64,000 bases of DNA from Macrostomum hystrix (taxonomy: Eukaryota; Animalia; Platyhelminthes), in assembly GCA_950097015.1 (NCBI GenBank), contig CATNEN010000035.1, forward strand, positions 1,054,001-1,118,000. Reading direction: 5' to 3'. The translations under genes were made by a program, and so were the position numbers. The notes under the pieces were generated by a model. It was not told where the DNA came from, did no database searches, and saw only the letters and a list, made by a program, of their open reading frames with translations. Below, piece after piece: positions 22,886 to 34,914 of the stretch (positions are counted from its first letter, which is position 1; the number at the start of each line of letters is the position of its first letter).

Positions 22886-23732
22886 GACGTCTTACTGGCG
22901 TCTCTCTCTCTCAATCTCTCTCCCTATTTCTCTCAATCTCCCTTGCTCTCTCTTCTCGAATGGCAGTCACTCAATTGATTCTCTGAAATTGAAATCTCTT
23001 TATGCTTCCCGAGAATCACTCTCCGAGAATCACTGCGAGAGAGTCACTACCAGAGAATCACTCTCGGAGAGTCATTCTATATTTCTGTTTGATTTTGCAA
23101 ACTAAATGCCTCGGTCTCCTGCTAAGACCCACCGAATCCTAATGCTGTATTGGCTTTAATTTCCTGAGGCTCACACCCGTCACTCGCTGATCCTAGCCAA
23201 TCAGAACCGCCCGTTAGCATTACTCTCGGTTGCTGTTAAAACTAGCAGACCTAAGCTATCGGAATGGCGCGTGTTAGTCCGACTCAATTAAAGAAACATA
23301 AAAATATACACTGCATTCAGGTATATACTAATCTACAGTTTACTTTGGCCTCTCCAACGTTCATACAATAATCAATGTAAGTGATAACTGTAACTTTCTG
23401 AAAAAAGAAATGTTACAAAAATAATCTGATATCACATGAATATCCACAGCCACTTTCCAAGTATACATTGTCCCGTGAAGGTCCACCAACGCCTGTAAGA
23501 ATCATGTCATCTTGTCATTTGTCCACCGGCCCACTCTCCAATAATATTGTGTCACATGAATGTCCACAGACGATTTTTAAATATCCAATGTCACACGAAC
23601 GTCTACTGAAGCTTTTCCCTAAACCATGTCTCTTGAATGTCCACTTCAAGTATCCACAAATCATCCTTAAATCTTACAGTCCTGTTGTGGCTCTCAAGGC
23701 AGTCCGGCAACAGTTGAAGAGTTTTTAAATCA

Positions 23733-23958
23733 ATGGGTGTCGTGCAGCAACTGAAACGCGAGGTGTGCACTTTTCGGTTCTGGAAGGCGGTCCGAGCTGA
23801 GTTCCTGGGCACCCTGTTGCTGGTCTATTTCGGCTGCGGAGCTACGCTGGCCACAGCGCCGGGCGCTGGGGGCTGCGAGACAGCAAATCTCGTCGATCCG
23901 ACCCTGACTGTGGCGCTGACCTTCGGAATGGCGGTGGCAGTGATCACACAGTGCACCG
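23733..23958 (+). CDS. Aquaporin (classical AQP4/Prip-like) exon 1
   Basis: FWKAVRAEFLGTLLLVYFGCG...VALTFGMAVAVI. G|GTGAG donor, phase 1. Confidence 0.92.
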
Positions 23959-24074
23959 GTGAGTATCGACTCCTCAAACGCAATTTAGCGTAGTGTACGC
24001 CACGTAAGCTCGTATATTCTTACGCACGCTTGTTTGTTCATCGTACGCTCGTCATACGTTCCATACGTTTGTTC

Positions 24075-25245
24075 GTCGTACAACTGCCGTACGTTAGTTT
24101 GCCCGTCGTACAACTGCCGTACGTTAGTTTGGCCGTCGTACAACTGTCATACGTTAGTTTGCCCGTCGTACAACTGCCGTACGTTATTTTGGCCGTCGTA
24201 CAACTGTCATACGTTAGTTTGCCCGTCGTACAACTGCCGTACGTTATTCTGGCCGTCGTACAACTGTCATACGTTAGTTTGCCCGTCGTACAACTGCCGT
24301 ACGTTATTTTGGCCGTCGTACAACTGCCGTACGTTAGTTTGGCCGTCGTACAACTGTCATACGTTAGTTTGGCCGTCGTACAACTGCCGTACGTTAGTTT
24401 GGCCGTCGTACAACTGTCATACGTTAGTTTGGCCGTCTTACAACTGCCGTACGTTAGTTTGGCCGTCGTACAACTGTCATACGTTAGTTTGGCCGTCGTA
24501 CAACTGCCGTACGTTAGTTTGGCCGTCGTACAACTGTCATACGTTAGTTTACCCGTCGTACAACTGCCGTACGTTAGTTTGGCCGTCGTACAACTGCCGT
24601 ACGTTAGTTTGGCCGTCGTACAACTGTCATACGTTAGTTTACCCGTCGTACAACTGTCAGACGTTAGTTTACCCGTCGTACAACTGCCGTACGTTAGTTT
24701 GGCCGTCGTACAACTGTCATACGTTAGTTTGGCCGTCGTACAACTGCCGTACGTTAGTTTGGCCGTCGTACAACTGTCATACGTTAGTTTACCCGTCGTA
24801 CAACTGTCATACGTTAGTTTGCCCGTCGTACAACTGCCGTACGTTAGTTTGCCCGTCGTACAACTGCCGTACGTTAGTTTGGCCGTCGTACAACTGTCAT
24901 ACGTTAGTTTACCCGTCGTACAACTGTCAGACGTTAGTTTACCCGTCGTACAACTGCCGTACGTTAGTTTGGCCGTCGTACAACTGTCATACGTTAGTTT
25001 GGCCGTCGTACAACTGCCGTACGTTAGTTTGGCCGTCGTACAACTGTCATACGTTAGTTTACCCGTCGTACAACTGTCATACGTTAGTTTGCCCGTCGTA
25101 CAACTGCCGTACGTTAGTTTGCCCGTCGTACAACTGCCGTACGTTAGTTTGCCCGTCGTACAACTGTCATACGTTAGTTTGCCCGTCGTACAACTGCCGT
25201 ACGTTAGTTTGGCCGTCGTACAACTGTCATACGTTAGTTTGCGCG
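24075..25245. repeat. 30-bp CpG-rich minisatellite (GTCGTACAACTGCCGTACGTTAGTTTGGCC), about 39 copies, in aquaporin intron 1
   Basis: Directly visible. It explains the 424-aa and 419-aa repeat ORFs. Confidence 0.95.
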
Positions 25246-25771
25246 TTGTACACTCATCAAGCGATAGTTTGTTCGTCGTACACTCTGTTGTAAATGAAAA
25301 ATAACTAGCCTACTGGTTTGGCACATGAAACTATTAAAGCCATGTCGGCTCTCCACTTTCAAATTTCTATTATTATAAACTGCGATCGATAATCACAGAC
25401 GTCTACTGAAACGTCTACTGAAACCAAAACTAAAAGCAGACCTCGCCACCAGTGACGTTTCAAAAATGTTGAGCTGTTTCAACTGGCCAATCGTACTTTT
25501 TGTGGCTTGATCAGCGAGATTAGAGAAATTCACAACCGAATCTGTATACTCATAGTCGATTAGCTGGTGTAACTCGTTGAATGTCCAGGAACTAGGCCTG
25601 GGTGGATGCATTATTGCCTATGGTAAAAAGTGGGCATTCTGTCAGAACCGTTCAATATCTCAAAGGTGCGCAAAATTTCAACCGCGCTCTAGGATTTTGT
25701 GTGCCAGGGTTGCTCCGGTCAGGTGCAGTAAAAAATTCACCCATCTATAAGAAACCACCGAACCGGTTTAG

Positions 25772-26163
25772 GGCACGCCAGCGGCGCTCACCTGAACCCG
25801 GCCCTGACGCTGGCCATGCTGTCCACCGGCCGCATCAGCGTGGCTCGCGCGCTGCTGTACACCCTGGCTCAGATCGTCGGCGGTCTGAGCGGCTCCGGTC
25901 TGCTGGTCGGCGTCGCTCGTCAACGCCTGACATCGCCGAGGTCGCCGGCCAACGAGACTTCCGGCGGCGGTGGCGGCGCGGTGTACTTCCTGCCAGCTGT
26001 GGCGTCAGACATACATCCTGGACAGGCGTTCGGAGCCGAGTTCATGGCCACCTTCGCGTACGCCTTTGCCACCTTCGCCTGCATGGAGCCGCGCCGACCA
26101 GTGGAGCTCGGCTGCCGGTCCGTCATTGTCGGACTGGCTGTTGCCATGGGACACCTGGTGGCG
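25772..26163 (+). CDS. Aquaporin exon 2
   Basis: GHASGAHLNPALTLAM (first NPA), AEFMATF, GLAVAMGHLVA|GTGAG. Confidence 0.92.
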
Positions 26164-26671
26164 GTGAGACTGGGGGACAGGAGTTTCTCAGTTTCCAACA
26201 GTGTAAAGTTTGCCCCAGCAATAGCGTACGGCCTCGCCAAAATGAGTGCTCACAGACACAAGCTGTGCAAGGATCTCGGACTCGAAAGTGTGGGATCACG
26301 CGAGTCCCTCATTTTCCCCTAAGCATCGAGTCAATCAACTCGCTCCTCCCGCTGACCGCACGAGGGGAAAAGGGAAGATTGGGGAACAGAATCCCGGCTG
26401 GGAAATGAGGGCCGCTGGCTGGCAGAGGAGGCTCGGAAATTCTGATCGCTTCATCATGCCTCCCATTTGAGCCGGCCGCATCGCAATCAAGGCTAAATTT
26501 GCGCCGCGGGGCTGGTGGAAACCAACGAGGGAGCTGGGCAAGAATCCAACGGATTTGGGATAACGAACTCAACGGAATGAACTGGACTAGAATTTGACTC
26601 GAGAGATTCGTAGATAGAAAGAAGCACGGGACTAATAACTAGCAAGTTTTCAACTGGATCCCCATTCGCAG

Positions 26672-26998
26672 CTCCCCATCAGCGGGGCCGGCCTGAATCC
26701 GGTGAGGTGCCTGGCCCCGGCTCTTCTCACTGGCAGCTGGCGGCATCACTGGCTGTACTGGGCGGGGCCGCTGCTGGGCGGCCTGGCCGGCGGTCTCACC
26801 TGCGAGTACGCCCAGGACTCACGCAGCGAGCTTCACTATCTACGCAGGTCGCTGTTAATGCGGGGCCGAGCACTGCGCGGTGGCGGCGGCGTCGGCGGCG
26901 GCAGCGGCTGCGGCGGCAACGGCAGGAGCGGCGGAGGCGGGGTTACCGAGTTCACGTTCACGCCGTCGACTACATTTGAGAACATCGGATCAGCCTGA
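26672..26998 (+). CDS. Aquaporin exon 3
   Basis: LPISGAGLNPVRCLAPA, HWLYWAGPLLGG, Gly-rich tail. The joined CDS is 945 nt (314 aa). Confidence 0.92.
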   Translation, partial: LPISGAGLNPVRCLAPALLTGSWRHHWLYWAGPLLGGLAGGLTCEYAQDSRSELHYLRRSLLMRGRALRGGGGVGGGSGCGGNGRSGGGGVTEFTFTPSTTFENIGSA

Positions 26999-27144
26999 TA
27001 ATTACGGCCTCGGGCAACTGAGCAACTACTGAACTTGAAACTTCGACTTGCCTTCACCTAATTACCAAGTGCTTCAGTTCAGTTTGTAAAACCGATGCTA
27101 GCGTTAGCCTGGGTAGAATTTCATGTGGGTCTAACAACGGACCG

Positions 27145-27215
27145 GTTCACAGTCCACGGACTGAACAGCTGTACACAGGCTTTGGAAGCGCCGACTGTGC
27201 CACAGGCTGCACGAA
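27145..27215 (+). mobile_element. SINE family B fragment
   Basis: CAGTCCACGGACTGAACAGCTGTACACAGGC matches about 11840-11875. Confidence 0.55.
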
Positions 27216-28189
27216 TGAACAAAAAACATAAGCCTATGTACTTTTACTCAATTTTACTGCCCAGCTTTGGACTTGCCTAGTTCACTAAGGAAATCCTTTG
27301 ATCCCATTCGCCGTTATCCCATCATAAAATATCCCCCGTCAAGCCAGCAGACAAGCCTACTCCAGCCTGCCTCACATTCACTGAAATCCCCAGAAATCCT
27401 CAGCTTGCTACTCCCAATCTGTCTGCCTGTTTCAGTCTGAAGGCAAGTCGTGGGGCGCCTGGCCGCATTAAGATCGATCATGTCGTTAGCCGATGGGAGT
27501 CGCCTGAGTTTATCTTCCCCTATCGGTGCCAGTTCTGCTCGCCGCATTCGTCTTGTCTTGTCTAGCTGGGCGTGATTAAATTACCGTCCGAGCTCCGCCA
27601 CCTTCCCTCATCCCCTGTCTCTTCTTTCTCTCTCCTGTTGGCCCAAGCCAGTTGAGCTCATAAATTTTGCATTCCCAACCCTAAGATGCACTTCTGCTAT
27701 TTCAGTGTAGCCTCAAAACTTGGGGCATATTTTCGTTGCTGTTGACAATCGCTTTTGATCCTAAAATATTCAGTGCAAGTGTCTGCTTTAGACTCACAAT
27801 CTCGCAAATAAACTGCCGAAAAAATCTCTGACATTGAAAAACTTGCTAAAAAATGCATATACTTACTGTATTTCCTACTGACGCGTGGTTGGACAGTAGT
27901 AAAATGGGGAAATAGACGAATGACGAATGCTGATGCATCATATTTTTTCTGCTCACAAAATCGCATCATGCAACCATGTCCTACTGTTATTGTTGATTAT
28001 ACTGTACTGTATTCATTTTATTGTTTATTTTTACGAGAATATTATTGAACCAATATAGACTCAGCATAGAGGTTTATACAGTGCACCTTGGTGCATCCTT
28101 GTCACCAGGGTCTTCGACAATAATATTTTTATATCTCAACGATACTGACTAAGATGGCTTTAAAAATTAGTTCAATGTTAAATGAAATA

Positions 28190-28555
28190 AATTAACGGAT
28201 CGATAAACTAACGGATTAGAAAACTAACGGATATAAAATAACGGATAAAAAACTGACGGATCAATAAACTAACGGACCAATAAACTAACGGATCAGTAAA
28301 ATAACGGATCGCTAAAATAACGGATCAATAAACTAACGGATCAATAAAATAACGGATCAATAAAAAACAGATCAATAAAATAACGGATCATTAAAATAAC
28401 GGATCAATAAAATAACGGATCAATAAACTACCGGATCGATAAACTAACGGATCGATAAACTAACGGATCGATAAACTAACGGATCAATAAAATAACGAAT
28501 CAATAAAATAACGGATCTATAAACTAACGGATCAATAAAGTAACGGATCAATTAA
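28190..28555. repeat. About 16-bp minisatellite (AAA(C/A)TAACGGATCAAT), about 22 copies
   Basis: Directly visible. Each unit carries TAACGG. Confidence 0.9.
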
Positions 28556-28959
28556 CTTTTAAATCGTAAAGGGCGGAAAATTTGGGAAAAATAGCGCTGT
28601 CTTTCTACTGTCTTTCTATTAATTATAAATTAATAATTCATGAGTCAATATACATTTTTTCAAGCTTTTTTTATCGTTTGGAGTTTTTTAATTTGCCTTA
28701 AACTTGTTTTGGCGCACTTTTTTTTTAACTAAAGCTCAATTCGAATGACATGCAAAGCAAGCCACTTAGTGTAAAAAGCAGATCAGGTTTCAATTTTAAT
28801 TTCCTGACTTTCCTAATTTCCAATTTTCCAACCTAACAGGCCCGTCAGTTATAAGAGTGAATTTCAAGGCTGAACACTCACCCATGTCATTTCCACTTAG
28901 CAGCTGCCCCAGATCCTTAAGAAACTCTTCTAATGCTTCAGAAATGAACATTTGTTCAG

Positions 28960-29098
28960 ATTCACTCTGCTCACCATTCACTCTGTTCACCATTCACTCT
29001 GTTCACCATTCACTCTGTTCACCATTCACTCTGTTCACCATTCACTCTGTTCACCATTCACTCTGCTCACCATTCACTCTGTTCACCATTCACTCTGT
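28960..29098. repeat. 16-bp minisatellite (CATTCACTCTGTTCAC), about 8 copies
   Basis: Directly visible. Confidence 0.9.
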
Positions 29099-29576
29099 TG
29101 GTTGAATGGTTGAAGATTTGAGATGAAGAAAAAAAGGTGGTTTTTTGAAATTCTACTGCTAAACGATAGGACAAAGCCTATACGCCCTTAAAAGATGGTC
29201 AATGTTGATCCCAAACGTCTGCAGGCCCGTTTGGGCAAAACCAGATTTAATCGGCTGTGTGAGCCTTAGTGATTATCTAAAAGCAAAGCTAAGCGAACAG
29301 AACTCAGCATTCAAGCATCCCTGAGGCTGTTTTGCCTCATTGCGATTGAGTCGTGACTTACAGCCGAGGCTCCAGTTGGGCGGCTAGTTGTTTTTCGTAA
29401 ACAGATCGCGCTCGAGAAATTTCACAACTCTCGAGCGCGACGGCTAACCCAATAAAAATTCTTTGTAGGGATTCTGCGGATGGGGAGAGAATATCCTGGT
29501 CACTAAAGTGCGCTATGGGAAACTTTCATTCATTCCCGCAATGAATGAAAGGCCAGTTTAGGGCCTGCAAAGAATA

Positions 29577-29800
<224 letters not shown>

Positions 29801-30664
29801 ATATTTACAAAAGACTAGCACTGGTCGAGCTGTCAAATCAGTAGCAATTGTAAATATTTGAGTCAGTTGAGCAGTGAAGCGAGTCACAGCCATGACTAGC
29901 CCAGCTAATGAGCACTGCAGTTCTGCTTATTGAATTGGTGAACTGACGGACCGTGACTCGAGATAGACACGACAACGCTGGATATGGTGCTTGATTTGTG
30001 CTTACAGAAATCAGTTTTTAGTGCAACTTTTGTTTGGACATTTTCCCAAACCTTATAATCCGCGTACGAGTATTTGAAATACGGACTTGCTTCGCGTACA
30101 CTAATATGAAATTAGAATTTATAAGTCATAAGGACACGTGACTGAACAATGGTTTGTGTATCCGTTTGATTGCCTCCGGGGTTTTAGAGGCCATTGTTTT
30201 GACAGGATGTCTGACTGCTCGCTCTTCAGCTGTATTGGACCGGAATAATTTTAAGCCTAGTTTATATTCCACTTAACTTTATATTTCATAGCTTTCTAAT
30301 CAGAGAGATCACGCATTGCAGTCACAACAAGTACTTCTTACGAATTTTTTAAGGGAAAATCTATATTGAAGCGAAATTGTGTTGCGATGTTTAAGTGCCA
30401 AGTAATCGCTCTTGAATTGGCTAAAAGATCTTGAACAGCAAATGATTTCTTTCAGACCAGAGTGCTTAAATCCATTAACTGATTAAGCCTCCTTCCTGGG
30501 AAATATTTTGTACGTGCATTGAATGATTGTTTGAAATAAAATTATCTCCTGGCCTGTGTTTTTCATAACTAGTCCTCGGGCATATATAGGGCCAATAATG
30601 ATATAGAAAATGGGGAAAATGGGTTAGTAAATATCGTCACGTGAAATCTTTCAATTTCATGTGC

Positions 30665-31015
30665 TGCCTACGTGAAACAGCCCACCTAACTCGGCCATCC
30701 TCCTACGTGAAGCAGCCCACCTCACTCTGCCGCCCTCCTACGCGAAGCAGCCCACCTCACTCCGCCACCCTCATACGCGAAGCAGCCCACCTCACTCCGC
30801 CAACCCTCCTACGCGAAGCAGCCCACCTCACTCCACCAACCCTCCTACGCGAATCAGCCCACCTCACTCCGTTACCCTCATACGCGAAGCAGCCCACCTC
30901 ACTCCGCCAACCCTCCTACGCGAAGCAGCCCACCTCACTCCGCCACCCTCATACGCGAATCAGCCCACCTCACTCCGCCACCCTCATACGCGAAGCAGCC
31001 CACCTCACTCCGTTT
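30665..31015. repeat. 35-36-bp minisatellite (AGCAGCCCACCTCACTCCGCCAACCCTCCTACGCGA), about 10 copies
   Basis: Directly visible. Confidence 0.9.
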
Positions 31016-31761
31016 GCACCCGTCTTGTCCAATCCGTCATTTTGCTAGTCCTCTCATACTCCTTATCGTTAGCAATTTCTGTAGTTGTGTTGTCATGTTG
31101 CTCAGTTGTACTGAGACTCACGCTTTCACATGGCTTAGGTCTCCTTAAGTGACTCACGTCAACATGCGTTCACCTCGTACTTCCACCGAACTGAAAAGAA
31201 TGCACTTAAGAGAAACAGTTTATTATTGAGTTACGCAGATGGGTATAGCTGCATCTAAAAATAGAAACAGACTGATCTGATGGATATGTGCCAAAGCAGA
31301 GAGATTGATTAACGTCTGTCGGCGTTACAAAGCTACGTTTCTCCGTCAGCAATGTTGTCAAAGCTCAATTCTCTATGCCCTTTGGTGGCGTCTTGCACTT
31401 TATATTTATAGCCCTGGCTCTTGGACACTTGGCTGAAGAAGAATACCTCTTTGATGGGGATCAGTCGTTGGGAAGACGAGACGCGGCTCAGAATGCCTGT
31501 CGGCGGTTTAGTCTGTATTATTCCCACACTCTCCCCCCCTCTCTCCCATTGTCGCTTTCAAAGAAGTGTTTGCCTCCACATGCAGTTCAGGCTCCAAATA
31601 GTTTCTCTGCTTTCTTTTGCCCACTGAAAAGTGGCCCGCAGCCAATTGACTGGAGACGAGACCAAATGGGCACTTAAAAATTCTTTGCAATGTATTCAAG
31701 CAATCTGGTCACGAAAATATTTGCCCCTCAGGCCTCAGCCCAACTCACACTGCTTCCGCTA

Positions 31762-31860
31762 TCCATCTATCTATCTATCTATCCATCTATCTATCCATCT
31801 AGCTATCTATCTATCTATCCATCTATCTATCCATCTATCTATCTATCTATCTATCTATCC
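31762..31860. repeat. (TATC/CATC)n microsatellite
   Basis: Directly visible. Confidence 0.93.
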
Positions 31861-33189
31861 AATGATACCACAAAATGACTAGTTGATCGATGCAAACACA
31901 CAAACGGATTACTTAATCTTCCACTTAAGTAACACATCAGGGTTGGTGTCTGGTCGGATAACTGACACCGTCATTAGGCTGTGCCCTGGGGGAATCCAAG
32001 GTTTAGCAGCTACTTCAGATCAGCTTGCATCCACATATCTGATGATGCACCAGCTTCTAAAGATAGCAAAACTAAAAGAATCACTTTATTATTCGACAAT
32101 AATTTGTTTTATTCGACAGTTTATTAACTTATTAACTTAACCACCTTAGCCTTCTAACAGTATTTTGATAGGTACGCTCGTAATTTGTAATCTGCATTCA
32201 TAAGGGGCAAATCTAAAAAAACTAGTTTTTCATACACCCCCATTCTGTAACTCAATTCAGTCGAAATAAAATAACAAGTTCAGACGTGATTTTTATAAAC
32301 GCGCTTTTATTCATCATTAAGAGCATTTTCTGACCAGAATAACACGATAGAATTGCAATTTATATTTTTGTTTTTTCTCGGTCCTTCAGTTGGAGAGCAT
32401 AATAAAATCGGTTTAGTCCATGCACGTCACTCTTCATTATTTGTTTCAGAAATTTCATTCGGTCCCAGAGAATAGGATGGAGCTCGGTTGTACAGTTTGA
32501 TGAGTCTGCAGTTCTGCCTGCCTGGAAGCTCTATAACTATTTCCTACCTTCCTCCCTCCTGCCTGAATACTGCGGAAGATAGAAGAGCTGCCAGTGGTTT
32601 AAGAGATAACGGGCCTAGAATGCAGGGTAGCCTTGGCTATAAGAGTGCAACAGGACCTGGAAATGCCCTCAAGCAATGACTTTGAGCACTCAGGCGGTGT
32701 CACCTTTGCTTCTTAGAGGGCGGGAAGGTTGATGAGGTCTGGAAAAGGAATCTGCATGACTTTCTAGTCCCTCTACCATTCACGGACATAAAAGCAGAAG
32801 CTTGTTCGATCTTCATCGTCCGTGTGAAGAGGTCTTCCTTCGTCGTTCCTTCTTTCGATCTCATACATTCACTTCGAGATGAGCTGCAAGCAAGCCCAGA
32901 CAGTTGCAGTATCAAAACGGAACCAAGGGCTTCTCTGATTGGGTCCCGGCTTGCCCCACCCACTGGAACCACCTAATAAAGCATTTAGGGAACTGGCTGC
33001 ATCGGACAGGACTATACTAGGGCTAGAGATTGAGTGAGCGAGAGAGGCCGAGACAGCCACACACCATTCTTAGTGATTTTGTTAGCCCAGGATTTATATC
33101 AAGCTCAATCGCAGACTACGGAGCTTATTATTAGCAAGTGACGCTCACGCGACCAGACACCTTGACAGGCCGCAATCAACAACTGCTCA

Positions 33190-33965
33190 ATGGAGAGCTC
33201 TAGATCCGGCTGGCTAGTCGCCCAGTTGTGCATCAACGTGGCCTCCAGCTGCTCAAACCTGTGCGCTGCACACCTGTTCTACCGCCTGTTCCGGGCCAAC
33301 AGGGCTGCTTCCCTGCTGGGCCTGCTGCTGCTGTCCACGAGTGAGTTCGTGTTCGACCTCAGCCACCTGCTTTTCACCGCCAGCAACTTGCTGGGCCGCG
33401 CCTGCGAGGGCGACTCGGCCGGTCAGGCGCCGAATGCGACGACCATGGCCGTCACAGACGCCACCATTGCCACCATTGCCAGCTCTGCCACCATGTCAGC
33501 GGAGCCAGCGACTGGGATCCGGCTGTGGCTGTGCATTGGAGCCTTCGCTCCGTCGAACGCTTGCCTGTTCATTCGCAACTGGTGGATCACTCTGTTCACC
33601 ATTGTGCGCTGCTTCGTCATCGTTTGGCCATTCACGGCGCGCACCGTCTTTACAAAGCGTCTCTACGCTAGGAGCTACGCCGCCTGCGTCCTGCTGGGCA
33701 TTGTGTTCACCGGTCTGCGCGTGTGGGCGGCGTTCGCCTCAGATCATCACCTGCTGCGCTTTGTCATGATCGTGCAGGCTCCGGTGCCCAGCCTGCTCGT
33801 GTTCGGTGCCAGTGTGCTCATGATGGCCGACCTAGTCAAGATCAAGTGGGTGGCATCAAAAAGACGTCGGCTGCGTCGTCAGCAGCTCCTGGCTGCGGCC
33901 ACGCCGCTCCTAGGATCGGCCGCGCAGGAGCATCAGCAGCAGCTGCATGAAAAGCGGCCTTCAAG
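33190..33965 (+). CDS. Orphan rhodopsin-class GPCR exon 1 (TM1-TM5)
   Basis: Five hydrophobic segments, TM3 end WITLFTIVRCFVIVWPF (DRY position), basic ICL3 start. AAG|GTGAG donor, phase 2. Confidence 0.82.
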
Positions 33966-34212
33966 GTGAGGAGGCAATCATATTGTAGCAAGTGGGGCAA
34001 CACTGCAGACATTGCTTTTGAGAGCCGCTATAAACCTGTAACATCTTATTCAAGCATCATGCTAAGGATTTCGAGGCTTGCTAGGGCAATATTAGAAGTG
34101 GACATTGTAGCCATCAATCGCAGAGTATTTTAGAAGGCTTATTTAAAGATTCGATTGAACACATTCTGAATTGTGAAACTGTTTAGCCTCGTGTTCTACT
34201 CGTAATTTCCAG

Positions 34213-34798
34213 ATCGCTACAACTGGAAGAGATGCAACAGAATCCCCAGCAACAACAACAACAACAACAGCAGCAGCAGCAGCAGCAGCTAGTGATGATG
34301 CGCCCAATGGAGCGCCCGCGAAGCCACTCGGTGATCTGGGAGTCGGCTCTGATCGACCATCACCGAGGACGCAGCAATAGTCCCTCCTCCTCGGAGATCG
34401 GCACGCCCAACAAGAAGAGCAAGAAGAAGACCGACGCGACAAAGACTGGCCGGGAGAAAGCGTCGGCAGCTGCGGCGGCGAATTCGATGACATCAGACGG
34501 CGCCGATCAAGCCGCTAGTCGAGTCCTGCGCGCCACCATCACCATCGCGTCTGTCGCGGTGCTGTTTGTAGTGCTGGAGACGCCTTGCAGCATATTCGTG
34601 TTCCTGGGCCTGGAGTCCTCCCTGACTGAGCACATCAGCAACACTCTGATTGGCGTGGACTCTCTGCTCAACTTTGTCGTGTTCATGTGTACCAGTTGCA
34701 CTTTTCGGGCTGAGTTTTTGACCCTTTTCAGCTCCACTCGCTCTGGCAGGAGCCGCCAACACGGCAATAGCCAGCGAAACCGAGCCAGCGCCGGTTGA
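34213..34798 (+). CDS. Orphan GPCR exon 2 (polyQ ICL3, TM6-TM7)
   Basis: TTTCCAG acceptor with matching phase. TM6 VAVLFVVLETP, TM7 DSLLNFVVF and helix 8 FRAEF. The joined protein is 453 aa. Confidence 0.82.
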
Positions 34799-34914
34799 AG
34801 TCAAACGGAAGGACGTCGATATAGAACCCGCAACCTATATAAAACTGACCTGCTGGTTGTGCTCTTTTAAATTCTAGAATTTTCACAGCTTCACGACTGG
34901 ACGGCACTGCCCTT

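Noticed and set aside
24030-25304. 424-aa and 419-aa ORFs as genes
   Set aside because: Both lie wholly within the 30-bp array inside aquaporin intron 1.
25602-26408. 268-aa ORF overlapping aquaporin exon 2
   Set aside because: It is an alternative frame of GC-rich coding sequence with Arg/Pro-biased, non-domain content.
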